Positions 37,145 to 50,904 of a stretch of 64,000 nucleotides of DNA are shown one piece after another. The stretch is from Callorhinchus milii (taxonomy: Eukaryota). How positions within the stretch are numbered: the stretch's first letter is position 1; each line of letters starts with the position of its first letter. A program made the translations under genes and the position numbers. The stretch is from contig NW_024704743.1 in the NCBI RefSeq assembly GCF_018977255.1, forward strand, positions 99,822,001-99,886,000, written 5' to 3'. The notes under the pieces were generated by a model. It searched no databases, was not told where the DNA came from, and saw nothing but the letters and a program-made list of their open reading frames with translations.

Positions 37145-38124
37145 TCATGCAAAGGGCAGCTTCTCCAACAATGTAGAGCTGCCCCTCAGCTTTGGATTGG
37201 ACTGTCAGCCAAGACTACAAGCTCCACGTCCCCATCTGGAGTCCCTTATTGCAACACAACATAAATGTGAACAGCAAGAATGGTAGACTGAGCATATTGC
37301 ACAATGATAATAAGTGAGCCTGGCTGAGCTAGACAGCCCTGGTAATTATATAGTTGTATCACAGCAGCCCCCTATTGTATAGTGTTTGATGGTCGTGGCT
37401 GCATTGCCAAAGCTTCACACTCTGACACAAATGGCAACTTTTTAAAAATGTTTCCTCCAAATTCCAAAACAGACAGTGGGAGCAGGAAGGCTGTAAATCT
37501 ACATGAATAAACTGATTTTAGATTTAAAAATACAAATCAAATTATAAAAGAATGGATTAGAACAAATTATATTGGATCGGAGAAAAAAAGAAAAATCAAA
37601 CTTAAGAGAAAAAATAGGGAAGAGAGAACGGGATGCATTTGATATAGAGCTTTTCACCTCAGGAGGATGTCTCAAAGGGCTTTACGGGATTTATTGAAAA
37701 GTGCAGTGACTGTGTGTTTTATAGTGTAAATTATGTCGGGAGGATGACTCAAAGTATTTGAAAGTGCAGCAAGAGAGTGCATGATCTGAAAACATACAGA
37801 ACTGTTTAGTGCATAGAGGCAGTTGTATGATCACACTTTTTAAAGCAAGATCTGGGGCTGATATTAAGGCAAACTACAACACCTGCTGTTATTTTTACTT
37901 GAACCTGCGCTTTTTTCACAAAGTTGAGAAGTATTATCTGTAATACAGAAATAAAACTGCGCTTCACTGACTCATAATACGTGTGGACAAACTAACACTC
38001 CACCCTCACTGACTCGCATGAACAAACAGCCGTGGTTTAAGATCCAAAGCAGCAACTGTCACCAGAAACCCACAAGCCTTGATTCTAATCTTGAAATAAC
38101 CCATATGAATTGAAAGATTGTATG

Positions 38125-38535
38125 TTAGCCTAGCTCAGTGATTGCACTCCCATCTCTCAGTCAGAAGGGTGTGGGTTATATAAGTAGTCTAAGCTGCCAT
38201 TACAATGCAATGCAGTGCTGGGGGGATGTTGCCTTGTTGGAATGCCATCCTTAGGATGAGATGTTAAACAGAGGTCCCATCTTACAGTTAGGTTGACATT
38301 AAAGATCCCATGGCCCTATTCCAAAAGTTTCAACCAGTATCCTAGCTAACAATTCTTATAGTAAAATTGGTGACTCCCTTCATAGCTGTATTTGGGACAT
38401 TGCTCTTTGCAAATTGGCTGCCTCGTTCCCCCACAAATACACAGACACTCCACTTCACAGTAAATCCTAGGAAGCGCTTTGTGATTTTCTCCCGACGTGA
38501 AAAGCACTATCTAAATGCAAAGATTATTATTATAG
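38125..38535 (+). mobile_element. Old Deu-domain SINE. Further copies at ~4610-4880, 14310-14575, 28255-28860, 36210-37230, 40360-40735, 41705-42060, 44220-45070 and 54505-54745
   Basis: tRNA-like head, then gatgagatgttaaac.gaggtcc...ttaaagatcccatggc.ctatt, matching my recollection of the DeuSINE (SacSINE1/AmnSINE1-type) central domain. The 3' half is shared with the young SINE. Confidence 0.75.
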
Positions 38536-39325
38536 ACAGCCAGATAATAGTTGCTTTAGGAAAGATCACTTATTTTTATATAGGTTACTTTTCTAGCACT
38601 TATTCACCAGCTTTTACCTGTGTTTTTCACCTGTTTTATCGAAAGTCTCTACTTTATTTACAGTCGTGATCAAATCTCGCAGCCCAAATAAACTGTGTAC
38701 ATTGCAATACTGCTGTATTCAATCATTTGAATAACGTTTGCCTGGTTTTAATACAATCCTACCTGTGCTGACTGCCACGTGTAACAAAAATATGGGTTAC
38801 TCTCTCTCTTTATCACTAATAATAATCCCTCCAAAGAACAAAAACAATAATAAATTAGTCATTTTCAATCTACGACTGTTTGTGGGACATTGCTGTGCGC
38901 AATTGGCAGCCGCGTTCGCCCACAAATATACAGTCAATTCACTTTACAGTGTGTTCTGTGAAGCACTTTGGGACGTCCTCCTGACGTGAAAAGCGCTATA
39001 TCAAATGCAAGGATTATTATTATTACTACCAATTGGTTATGTTTCACAAAGGTTCTCTGTAAAGCTTTAAATTTATGGGGTCAATATATAACATATTCCA
39101 TTGCCTATTTCAGACTGAGTTGGGCCAGTATCCTCTGAATAAGCTTGTTTCAGTTTACTTTTAGCATTCGATAGTGATCCTTTCTACTCAGGAACCTAAG
39201 ATGTTGTCACTGAAGTCTTTTCTGCCTTAATAGGGCACTAAATTGGAGAGATTTCAATTCAATACAATTTACATTTATATAACTTTATTACCAGATTTAT
39301 TTATAATCTATTCCAAATAGATAGT

Positions 39326-39639
39326 AGAGTCCTGTAGCTCAGTGGTTAGAGCACTAGCCTTGAATGCGAGACACCTGGGTTCAATTCCAGGCAGGGCGAA
39401 ACTTTGGGCATGTTTCCTTACTCCACATGTCTAATAATAATCCCTCCAAAAAAATAAATAAATTGGTCATTTTTAATCCACAACTGTTTGTGGGACACTG
39501 CTGTACGCAATTGGCTGCCGCGTTTCGCCCGCAAATATACAGTTAATTCACTTGACAGTCTATTCTGTGAAGCGCTTTGAGACGTCTAGAAGACGTGAAA
39601 AGCGCTACATCAAATGCAAGGATTATTATTATTATTATT
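39326..39639 (+). mobile_element. tRNA-Ala SINE, intermediate subfamily (TAGAA loop)
   Basis: Full head, short body and tail gagacgtctagaagacgtgaaaagcgct. Confidence 0.88.
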
Positions 39640-41010
39640 AACTTCTTTGACATCAGGAAGATATCTCCAAGCACCAAACACTGCTGATTGAGCACCTGAT
39701 CCGAGGGTCGGGGTGGGGGGGTGGGGGGAAGGTGGAGGTGGGGAACCTGAAGAAGGGGAGTAGGGAATGACATTCAAAAGTGAGGTCAAATCTAGGATGG
39801 AGTTCCAGAGAGCATAAGCAGAATGGTTCGAAGTCTGCCTGCTACTGGTGGTAAGAATCAGGTGGGGATGTGAAGCTATTTCAAAAGACACGTTAACACC
39901 GTTCATTAAATGAAGAATGATCCGTGTTTAGGAATACCACAATTTTGACTCCAATGTGTACAAACAGCTCTCAGATGCAAACTGACTGAATCTCCTGTGA
40001 TCTGGAACTGTGCCCTCTCTTGGTTGACCCAATCTTCCTGGTTAGCAAAGCCTTCACCAACCTCACAATTCAACATTTACTAACTGATGTAATATATGGA
40101 TTTTAAAAGATCCATCCATTTCAGTGAACGTTACTTTAGAGACACAGAAACTTCACAACCAATCAGAAATAGATTTATTGAACTGAGATAGATTTAAATA
40201 CATTGATTTAGCAAATATCTATAACACAAGAGAATAACAGTCATTTAACAAGAGTAATATAAAATATAATACAAAATCACATTTGTATAGTGCCTTACAC
40301 ATCGGGAGGACGTCCCAATTTCAAACTTTTAGTTACTTACTAAAGTGTCCAAATATCTGTCAGCTTGGATCAGTTGAGAGCCCTCTCAATTCTGAGTCAG
40401 AAGATTGTGAGTGTAGCTTGCCAGTATAGCTTAACACTCAAATGCAGAGTTGGGGGGTACTGCATTGTCAGAGATGCCGTCCTTCAGGTGATATTTTAAA
40501 CCAGTTCTGTCTTTTAAAGATGGATATTCACAAAAGCTGGTGAAAAGTTTCTCCCTATGTCCTAGCCAACAATCTCCCATGTAATGTTAATCATTCTCTT
40601 CATGGCTGTTTGAGCTGCAACGCACATTGGCTGCTGTGGTTGTCTATAAAATACAGACACTACGCTCTAAAGTAAAGTCCTGTGAAGAGCTTTGAGACAT
40701 CTCGACGATGTCTCAAATACAGGAATTATTATTATAACCATTTTAGAAGTAAGTGGAGGAGGGAATGGGGGAAATTAGAAACAATTAATTGTACACTAAA
40801 GACTAAATTTAGATTAAAGAAAGTTGGGCAATCTTAAAACTTACGACAAATTAGACTTGGTGATTAAAACTATGACTAGCTGGAATTTCAAGCCTCATGT
40901 TGGCAGAAAGCAGCCACACTGTCTATTTGGAAATCTCCCACCTTTGTGATGCCCGGGAATTAAGCTCCTGCCACAGAATTAACATTTCTGTCAGATTCCA
41001 ATATCTTATA

Positions 41011-41337
41011 ATATAATAATAATAATAATCCTTGCATTTGATATAGCGCTTTTCACGTCGGGAGGATGTCCCAAAGCGCTTCACAGAACACACTGTAAAG
41101 TGAATTGACTGTATATTTGTGGGCGAACGCGGCAGCCAATTGCGCACAGCAATGTCCCACAAACAGTTGTAGATTGAAAATGACCAATTTATTATTGTTT
41201 TTGGTTTTGGAGGGATTATTATTAGGCTCTGTGTGGAGTAAGGAAACTTGCCCAAGGTTTCGCCCTCTGCCTGGAATTGAACTCAGGTCTCTCGCTTGCA
41301 AAGCGAGTGCTCTAACGACTGAGCTACAGGACTCCAC
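41011..41337 (-). mobile_element. Full-length young tRNA-Ala SINE
   Basis: Same consensus. Confidence 0.92.
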
Positions 41338-42847
41338 AAAGTCCTGTAGCTGTGATCTTAGCTGTGATGTCACGCAAAATCAGATGTTTCTGTTTGCCAT
41401 CCCAATACAAGACACATGGAATCTCTCCTACTTACCTCCCAGCACAATTCTGCATGTAATACTCCTCAAAGGGAAGTAAGCAAAAACTCTACAATGTTCA
41501 TGTGCCCATCTCACCGCTAACTTGGCTTGCCACCCTCTGCAGTCACCAATGCTAAATCCTGCTTCCACCAACAAACTTTAATGCTAAACCTAACCCTATT
41601 CCACTGATATAGAAACATATGATGAAATGTCAACATTCCAACCACAATATGCTGCTGAGTATCCCCAATGATTATTATTATTATTTATTATATTTTATCT
41701 ACACTCAGCCTGACTCAGTTGGTAGCATTCTCACCTCTGAGTCAGAAGATTGCAGGTTCAACCACTAAGTCAGCACTTGAAACTCATATAATCTTAGCTG
41801 ACTCTCCAATGCAGTTCTGCAGGTGTGCTGCATTGTTGGAGGAGTCATCCTATGGATGAGATGTTAAACTGAGGTCCTGTCTGCCTGTACAGTTTGATGT
41901 TAAAGATCCCATAACATTATCCAAAAAGATAAGGGAGTTTCTCCCATTGTTCTAGTCAACAATCCCCAAATAAGATTAATCATTCACTTCATGGCTGTTT
42001 GTTGGACACTGGCTTTACACAAATTAACTGTTGCATTTGCGTACAAAACACAGTTACTTTATTTCAATTCCAGGCAGGGTGAAACCTTGGGCAAGTTTCC
42101 TTACTCGACACACCTAATAATAATCCCTCCAAAAAATAAAGCAATAATAAATTGGCCATTTTCAATCCACGACTGTTTGTGGGACATTGCTGTGCGCAAT
42201 TGGCTGCCGCGTTTCATCCACAAATATAGTCAATTCACTCTACAGCATATTCTGTGAAGCGCTTTGAGACATCTGGAAGACGTGAAAAGCGCTATATCAA
42301 ATCAAGGATTACTATTATTATTATAATTATTATTTACAGTAAATCCTGTAAAGTTTTTTGAGATGTCTTGACAACACGATAAGATTATTATTATATATCT
42401 TTGAATTGTTATCCTTTTTTTCTCTGGAGTTATTTAACAACATCATCTGGAAATAATGTCATAACTTTTTGCCTAAGCTTCATTTTGTTCTTTAAATGTG
42501 TGAAACCTCTGTCTAGTCTGTGAGTGGAAAATATCTATTTTTATTTTGCCAAATTGCAGAATTATCTACTTAGCACAGAACAGAGGACACCAAACAGGAA
42601 GTGTCTGACAAGAGGAAGTGGCAGAGTTATGCACATCAGTGTTGCCGCAGTTCATACACACAAGTCCAATGATAAAATCAGCTGAAATCTAAGTTTGCTG
42701 ATATTTACAATAATAATAACCCTTGCATTTGATATAGCGCTTTATCACGTCTTCAAGAAGTCTCAAAGCGCTTCACAGAATATACTGTAAAGTAAATTGA
42801 CTGTATATTTTATGGGCAACATTTCGCCCTTCGGGGAATCGAACCCA

Positions 42848-43106
42848 TCAACAACAACAAAATTACACTTATGAGCGCCTTTCATGTCGGGAGGACGTCC
42901 CAAAGCACTGAACAGTCAGGTGTCAGGGCCTGAGCATGCGGGAGGGGTGGTATAGGGGTGAGGGAAAGCAGAGAGGTGGGAGGGAGACCAAAGGCACAGT
43001 CGAAAAGATGGGTCTTGAGACCGACCTTGAAGGAGGCAAGGGAGGAAGCGAGGCGAAGGGATCGTGAGATGGAGTTCCAGAGTGTGGGGGTAGAGAGGCT
43101 GGAAGC
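42848..43106 (-). mobile_element. L2 3' fragment inserted within a tRNA-SINE head
   Basis: TLWNSI...FKVGLKTHLFDCAF. SINE head pieces flank it (ttcgccc..gaatcgaaccc on the left, ctctaaccactgtgctacaggactcc on the right). Confidence 0.8.
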
Positions 43107-44322
43107 TCTAACCACTGTGCTACAGGACTCCTTCACTTATCGTTCTTTTTCCTTCTCCCTTTCACTATTAATCAAAGCCAACTGTTACTGCTGTGGAGTC
43201 ACTGCTGTATGTGGCAAGCTCATTGACTGATAGGTCCCTGAGAGATCTAACTAAGCCTTTCATAAATTCTTCTTTGAATCATCCCACTGGCCTGGGAATA
43301 AAATGAGAGTGTGTGCAAGATACTCACAGGCATCTTGACATTAAGAGCTGCAACAACAGCAAATGAACAACAATGATGAACAGATGGTTGGTATGTTGAC
43401 ATTTCATCATATTATGGGAGAAAGACAAATGAGATGAGCTTGACTCCCAATATACCATGGGTCTCTTGTGATCTATAATCCCTATTCTCTTCCTCATTTT
43501 TAATATATAACATTTGTATTGTTAAGAAGTGTGCAGTGAAGCTTGGATTTAATCATGGAGCTGGGATAATAATAATACTAAACCACAAGAGCAAAGCTCC
43601 AGGTCATTAGGGATGACATTTGAAACTTGAAATTAAATTGTAGTTTTACTTACTTGCAAACATTTGAGGTCTGAAATCTTACATAATCTTAGCCTGGGAG
43701 ACCATTTTGTCTTAAATTAAATATTGTGCAGAATTGTAGAAATATAGAAGTTTTTCTATTAAGAACTGCAGAAAAACAGCTTCCAAATTCAGACTGATTT
43801 TAAACATTTCTAAAATGGTGCAATACAGAATTTCCCAACCACCCAAATCCAACGGAAAACAAGCTGGAATTCCTTCTGCTGATCCCTCTATAGCACACAT
43901 AGCACACAAGAGGAGTCGGACTTGGCTGTGAAGCCCTTGAGAGTCAAGTACCCTGCTACCCTCACTGTCAAGGCAACCTCTTGCCAGGACCTCAAAACAG
44001 GCTGGGTATGAGCACATCATTTCTCCACCTTGCAACCCAAAAGCCATAAGGATATTATCTGAAACCCTGCTCTCCTTGCTCTCCATGTCAGCTCTCCAGA
44101 AAATCTGCACTCTGCAGGTGTTTTACTGAACAATTCAACACAAAATATTCAATCATATTATCTTTCCCATGGGCTTCTCCAGTTATGGCATAGATGCATC
44201 TCAGAGGCCAGTGAACAAATAATACTTGCATTTTATATAGTGCCTTATCACATCATTCAGATATTTCAAAGCACTTCACAGGATTCAGTGTAATGTTTAG
44301 TGACTGTATATTTTGTATATTT

Positions 44323-44750
44323 CAAATTCAAGATCCTCATCCTCACCTCCAAGGCCATTCACGGCCTTGCTCCCTCCTACCTCTCTGATCTACTATCCCC
44401 CTACTTACCTGCCTGTACCCTCCATTCCTCTGGCTCCGGTCTGCTCCACATCCCCCGCCCCAACCGCCCTACCATCATTGGCCAGGCCTTCAGCCTCTCA
44501 GCCCCTAGGCTCTGGAACTCCATCTCCCAGTGCCTTTGCCTTGCTTCCTCTCTTTCCTCCTTCAAGGCCGGTCTCAAGACCTTTCTCTTTGACCGTGCCT
44601 TCAGCTCCCCTCTCGACTCTCTACCCCCTCCTTGCTCCACTCACCCTGACCATTTCCCCCTTGCTCGGGTCCTGACCCAACTGTCCAGCGCCTTGGGACG
44701 TCCTCCCGACGTGAAAGGCGCTCTATAAATGAAATCTTGTTGTTGTTGTT
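44323..44750 (+). mobile_element. L2 3'-end fragment nested in an old Deu-type SINE
   Basis: [23 protein letters not shown]...LWNSI...[14 protein letters not shown] with a (TTG)n tail. SINE sequence resumes on both sides. Confidence 0.88.
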
Positions 44751-45589
44751 TGTGGATGAAGGTGGCAGCCAATTTACACACACAAATATCCCACAAACAG
44801 CCATTAAGTGAATGACCTATTTCAGCTGAGGGATTATTGGCCAGGACACTGGGAGAAACTCCCTTCACTTTTTGAATAGTGACAATGCAATCCATAATGT
44901 CTATCTAAACAAGCAGATGGAGGCTCAGTTTAATGTTTCATCCAAAGGATGGCACCTCCAACGAGGCAGGGCACCACCAGCACTGAACTCACTGTGTGAG
45001 TTCAAAATCCTGGTACTTGAATCCACAACCTTCTGACTCAGAGGTGAGAGTGCTACCAATTGGGCCAGGGTGATGCACAATCCAGGGGAAAAGAATGTCA
45101 TGAGGGCAAAACCCCCCACCCCCAGTGTGTGAGTATACAACCTTCTGACCCAGAGACAAACGTGGGACAGTGTACTGTGATCTTGTAAATTAAAAGTGTT
45201 CAGGCCACCAGGTGTGATTAAAGAAAATATCCAGCAGTCAACAGAAGGGGCTCCAGTCCATCTGGTCAAACTCAAGTGTGAACATGTTGAAAGTTAAGAT
45301 AGCCACAGGTAAAGCCTGAGTTCTTTCATACCTCTACTTGATTAAGTCCCTTGAAACCCTGACAAACCGTTTTGGTTCATTAAGAGAAAAATCTTTGTTG
45401 AGGTGTGAATACATTTCAGCAATAGTTTAACTTGTGAGGTTCTGTGTCTGAATGAAACTGAAACCAAGAGAGGAACAGAGAAAGAGGAGTCATGACTGTT
45501 TTGTTGTTTGTTTGTTGTCTTTTATAAAAGAAAACTTTGCTGCTAATAAGTTTGAGTTAATTTCCAAGAATCCTGAGTAAAACGTGTGA

Positions 45590-45830
45590 AGTAATTTTCA
45601 TTCAAAGAGTGGTAGAAACCTGGAATTCTCTCCCCCAAAAGGCTATGGGTGCTGGATCCATCGACACCTTCAAGAGTGAGGTTGATAGATTTTTGGTAGG
45701 TCAGAGTATTAAGGGATATGGGGAGAAAATGGAACTGAAAGGATTAGTTGAGATACAGATCAGCTATGATCTAACTAAATGGCGGATCAGGATTGAACGG
45801 CTGAATGGCCTACTCCTGTTCCTATGTCAT
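45590..45830 (+). mobile_element. CR1 3' end
   Basis: VVETWNSLPQKA...FKSEVDRFL and gaatggcctactcctgttcctatg. Confidence 0.82.
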
Positions 45831-45959
45831 ATCAAAGGAATCTTGCTTCTCCAGCTGGTATGTGCAGTTCAATGATTTCTTCATATTCTGAACAAAAAGA
45901 AAATCATTGATGCTTTTATTACAGGCTAGAACTAGCAGTAATTTATTATTTTTAAAAAA

Positions 45960-46712
45960 ACAAGGTAGGATCTCAACCATTCAAGGACAGAATCATGAAT
46001 GTTGAGGTGAGAGGAGATGCAGTGAATGAGAATAGAGTGGTCAATGGTATCGAAGACAGAAGAGAAGTCAAAGAGGATGAGGTAGGCAGAGGGAGCTCTG
46101 GTCGCAGATGGACTAAATGTCATTTGTCACTTTGACTAAAGCTGTTTCTGTGCTGTGGGTGGAAAGGAAATCTGATTGGAGGGGTTTGTGAAGGGAATGG
46201 TGGGAGAGGAAGGAGCGAAGCTGGACCTTGGAAAGGGAAGGGAGGTTGGAGATGGGGCAGTAATTTGAGAAGCACGGTCCAGGGAGGGTTTTTTAAGGAT
46301 AGGAGTGATGACGGTTCATTTTAAAGGGGTGGGAATGGTGCCAGTGGACATGGAGAGGTTTATGATCTCTGTGAGAAGAGGGGCAAGGAGGTGGAGCTTG
46401 GAGGTAAAGGGGTAGGGATGGGGTTCAGGGAACAGGTGGTCGGTTTCATGTGGGTTATAATGGTGGTGAGAGAGGAGTGGGAGATGGTTTGAAGGTGTGG
46501 AGAGAAGGATGGGTAGGGGCTGGGGTGGGAGGGGTAGATGGGGAGGGGGTAGTCGACAGAAGGGCAGAGGCAGCTGAGCAGATCCCCTTGATTTTGGTTT
46601 CAAGGAAGTCCAGCATCGCCTCACAGGTGGCGTTGGAGGAGAGGATGGGCAAGGCGTGAGAGGGTGGCAGAGGAGCCGGTTGGTGATGGAGAAGAGGAGC
46701 CTGGGATTGTCG
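45960..46712 (-). mobile_element. L2 LINE ORF2 internal fragment (linker / RT N-terminal part)
   Basis: NPRLLFSITNRLL, IINLSMSTGTIP and LILFDFSSVFDTIDH-like translations. Confidence 0.82.
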
Positions 46713-47104
46713 TATATCAAATGCGTTATTATTACTCCCTTTTTATCTTAAGCTTTTAGCTGCAAGCTTTGTGCTTTGCACACAAATTCTTACTTTTCTG
46801 CTGATTCTCCACTTACGATTACTAGCCTTTTATATGCCCTGTAAATATTTATTTTACAAAATGAGTCTAGCATTTTAATCCTTGCCATGCCTTTTGTCTG
46901 TTGGTACATCGTAAATGTAGCATGTAATAACAATAATAATAATCCTTGCATTTGATATAGCGCTTTTCACGTCGGGAGGGCATCCCAAAGCGCTTCACAG
47001 AACACACTGTAAAGTGAATTGATTGTATATTTGTGGGCGAATCCATGTAACATGGATTTTATACATCAAATCAATTAATCTTATTTTCCTAAAACACACA
47101 TACA

Positions 47105-47540
47105 TTACAACAGTTGTCCTTACAGAATGTCTGTCAGACATCAAGTCCTGGATGAGAGCTCACCTCATACTCATGTTCAAATCCATTCACTCCCTGGCAC
47201 CTCCCTACCTCTCCGACTTCCTCAATCCCCAATTACCACCTGGCGCCTCCGCTCGACTGGCACCGGCCTCCTACTCATCCCTCACACTCTCCGTTCCATC
47301 ATCGGAGGTCGCGCTTTCATCCATTATGCCCCCAAATCTGGAACACTCTTCCTCAATCCCTCCACCTTGTCCCCTCTCTCCCCTCTTTTAAGTTCCACCC
47401 GAAAGCTTTCCTTTTCAACCGTGCTTACGGTCCCGCCTCCCCCCGGCTCGGAGTCAGGTTCCGTCACTGTTAAGCCACCGAGACACTACCCTGCGTGGAG
47501 GACGCTATATAAGTGCAAGTTGTTATTGTTGTTGTTGAGC
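47105..47540 (+). mobile_element. L2 fragment with internal deletion
   Basis: CLSDIKSWM joined directly to FKSIHSLAPPYLSD, followed by a TTG-rich tail. Confidence 0.78.
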
Positions 47541-47998
47541 TAACCTTCTTCAGTTGAATGTCAATAAGACCGACGCCCTGCTGATTCGCTCCTGTCAGTG
47601 CCACCACACCTCAGGCGCGAGCCAGTCTGGAACCTTGGCGTCTTGTAAATCCTGAGCTTGATTGTCCAGCGCCTTGGGACATCCTCCCAACGTGAAAGAC
47701 ACTATACAAATGTAATTTTGTTGTTGTTAAAACAGAAAGTAGCCATTAATGAGCAGAATGCGCATACCAGGCAAGAGGACCCGGGTTCGATTCCCAGCAA
47801 GGCGAAACATTAGGTAACTTTCCTTGCTCCACACACCTCTGTTTACCAGCAGTAAGTAGGAACCCGTTTGTTAGTCAATTGGCGGATCGCTTTTCTGGGC
47901 TTAAAAATCCCTTCGAAAACGTTTTTTTAAATAATAAATTGCTCCTGGTTCTAGCCAGTGGTAAAAGCAATCAATTATTTTCCTTTTGTTCAGAATAT

Positions 47999-48322
47999 GT
48001 GGAGTCCTGTAGCTCAGTGGTTAGAGCACTCGCTTTGCAAGTGACCTGAGTTTCAATTCCAGGCAGAGGGCGAAACCTTGGGCAAGTTTCCTTACTCCAC
48101 ACAGTGCCTAATAATAATCCCTCCAAAAAACCCAAAACAATACTAAATTGGTCATTTTCAATCTACGACTGTTTGTGGGACATTGCTGTGCGCAATTGGC
48201 TGCCGCGTTCGCCCACAAATATACAGTCAATTCACTTTACAGTGTGTTCTGTGAAGCGCTTTGGGACGTCCTCCAGACGTGAAAAGCGCTATATCAAATG
48301 CAAGGATTATTATTATTATTAT
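47999..48322 (+). mobile_element. Full-length young tRNA-Ala SINE
   Basis: Same consensus, with AATATG at both ends (possible TSD). Confidence 0.92.
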
Positions 48323-48699
48323 AATATGAAGAAATCACTGAACTGCACATGCCAGCTGGAGAAGCAAGATTTCTTTGATATGACCTCACACATCATTGCT
48401 TTTGCTTCCACAGGTCTACTTATTATGTACATTCTGATGACTTTCTGTTTTATTGAATGAGGATAGCTTGTTCCAATTTTAGCAATAATTCAGGGAACAT
48501 TCTCTGAAAACGAGTTTAGGACCTTGGTGTTCAACTCGCTGCTAAGGTTGAAGCAAAAAAAAAGAACATTTTCCCTTCTTCCCCCAGTGTAAAATACTCC
48601 ATATCTGAGGTAAGTGGATATTTTTATTATTGTATCATTCTATGTAATAATTCAAGCAAAGACTTGTGCAGTATGTACTTAGTTCATCCCTATTTATCA

Positions 48700-49262
48700 A
48701 GGTGATCCAAACTCTTCCTTTCACAAGCTGCAGGTCATCCAAAACTGTGCAGCTCGTGTACTTTCACACATCAGACTCATGACCCTATTACTCCCATCCT
48801 AGCCTGACTCCACTGGCCTCCCCATCCCCCACAGGATTGAGTTCAAGATCCTCGTCCTCACCTTTAAGACCATCCTTGGTCTTGCCCCCTCCTACCTCTC
48901 TGACCTGCTGACTCCCTACCAACCTGCCCGCTCCCTCCATTCAGTGGGCTCCGGTCTGCTCCATGTCTCCCACCCGACCCGCCCTACCATCGGTGGCCGA
49001 GCTTTCAGCCTCTCTGCCCCCACACTCTGGAACTCCATCCCATGGTCCATTCGCCCCGCTTCCTCCCTTGCCTCCTTCAAGACCAGTCTCAAGACCCTTC
49101 TTTTCGACCGTGCCTTTGGTCTCCCACCTCTCTGCCTTTCCTCACCCCTATACTACCCCTTCCCCACGCTCAGGCCCCGACACCTGACTGTTCAGCGCTT
49201 TGGGACGTCCTCCCGACATGAAAGGCACTCTATGAATGTAATTTTGTTTTGTTGTTGTTTTT
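48700..49262 (+). mobile_element. L2 3' fragment
   Basis: [20 protein letters not shown]...FKTSLKTLLFDRAF, with stem-loop and (TTG)n. Confidence 0.87.
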
Positions 49263-50904
49263 GTAATAGGACACACCTGCAATGAATGAAAATGTTCAAT
49301 CCAACTGAGTGATTTTCTAATTCGTGTACAACTTCAGATGAATCTATGTTCAAAGTTAATGACCAGAAAATCTTGTTTGGCTGTGCCTTCAATAGCAGGA
49401 TTTTCTTCGATATTCCACTGAGATTCTTGGACTTGTTAAAAACAGAAATAATAACAGGATATTTAATGTTTTACGTTGCAGCACCACCTCAGCACTGGAC
49501 AGTCAGACTAGATTAAATCTTACCGTGGATCTTGAACCCAAATTTATTATAAATACAATACTTCAGGTTGATAGCATTCTGAAAACACACCTCTAAAAAG
49601 TGTTAACCAAACTTTTTTTGTTTAGTGAGGGAAAGAAAGTAGAAGAGCTGTATAACATTTCCATTATAATATAAGAATACTTGCATTTGGTATAGTGCCT
49701 TTCACATTGATAGGACATCTCAAAGCATTTCACAACATTTACTGTAAAGTGCAGTGATTGTATTTTATAGGCAAATTGATTTACTAAATGTCATAATGTA
49801 TTCAACATATATTGAGTTACTACATTTTATAATGTATTCCACACAATACATATATTTACACATTATGAAAGACCACTTAGATCCAGCTATTCCTAAAGAT
49901 TGACTGTATGGCATCCCTCCAAACGCCAACTTCCACACATTAGATGCATTACTTTCATGCTGCAGTCAAACACCAATCTCCACAATTGAGAGCAGCACTA
50001 TTGCAGTGGGAAAATCCCCAGTTTCAGCAATTGCACTGAGGCTGCATGGTATAATGGCTGCACTTGGGCTCATTATTTTGCACATGAAACCAAGAGCATG
50101 TGACTTCCTGTGGCAGCTTTTCAAAAGCATTAATTACTGTGGATTGTGGTGATCCTCCCACAATTTCCTGCTATTAGGTGGGATGAACTCAATCTCATCT
50201 CAAAAGTGCTACTAAACGGATGCTAAAAATGCTGGTCATTGAAGAACCAGAATGGAGTCACTAACACATAAAAATAGATTAGTGTATATATCATGATGAA
50301 ATGATGAATTCCTCACCACAATGGATAATGTGGCATTGGGTCTTAATTACCTAAATACTCTTATTATGTTGAACAAGAATTCCAGTATCCCAATGAGTTA
50401 GCATACCGTAGATTTTGAATTCAAAGTCCCAACATGAAAGGCGCTATAAAAATTTAATTTGTTGTTGAAGTTATTGAAGTTGTTGTTGTTGAAGGACATC
50501 CTCCCGACATGAAAAGTGCTATACAAATGTAATTTTGTTGTTATTGTTGAGAGAGAGATGAAGACGCCATCGAGTAGAACCATTAAAACCAACGGCTGAG
50601 CTAAGCCCTGAAGATGCTCCTCAGACACTTCTTGTCAAAGAAAAATGAAATATTCTATGAATGTAATAATCTTCAAAGGATTTCAAAGGTAACGTTACAT
50701 GGACAGTTAAATGCATGAAATAATCTAAATATTACAATTTAATAATGTGCTCACTCAATCCACAACTGTTCATGGGATACTGCTGTGCGCAATTGACTGC
50801 CGTGCAAAACACACAGTCACTACACTTTGCAGTAGATTCTGTGAAGCGCTTTGAGACGTCTCGAAGATGTGATAAGGTGCTATATCAAATGAAAGGACGA
50901 TTGT

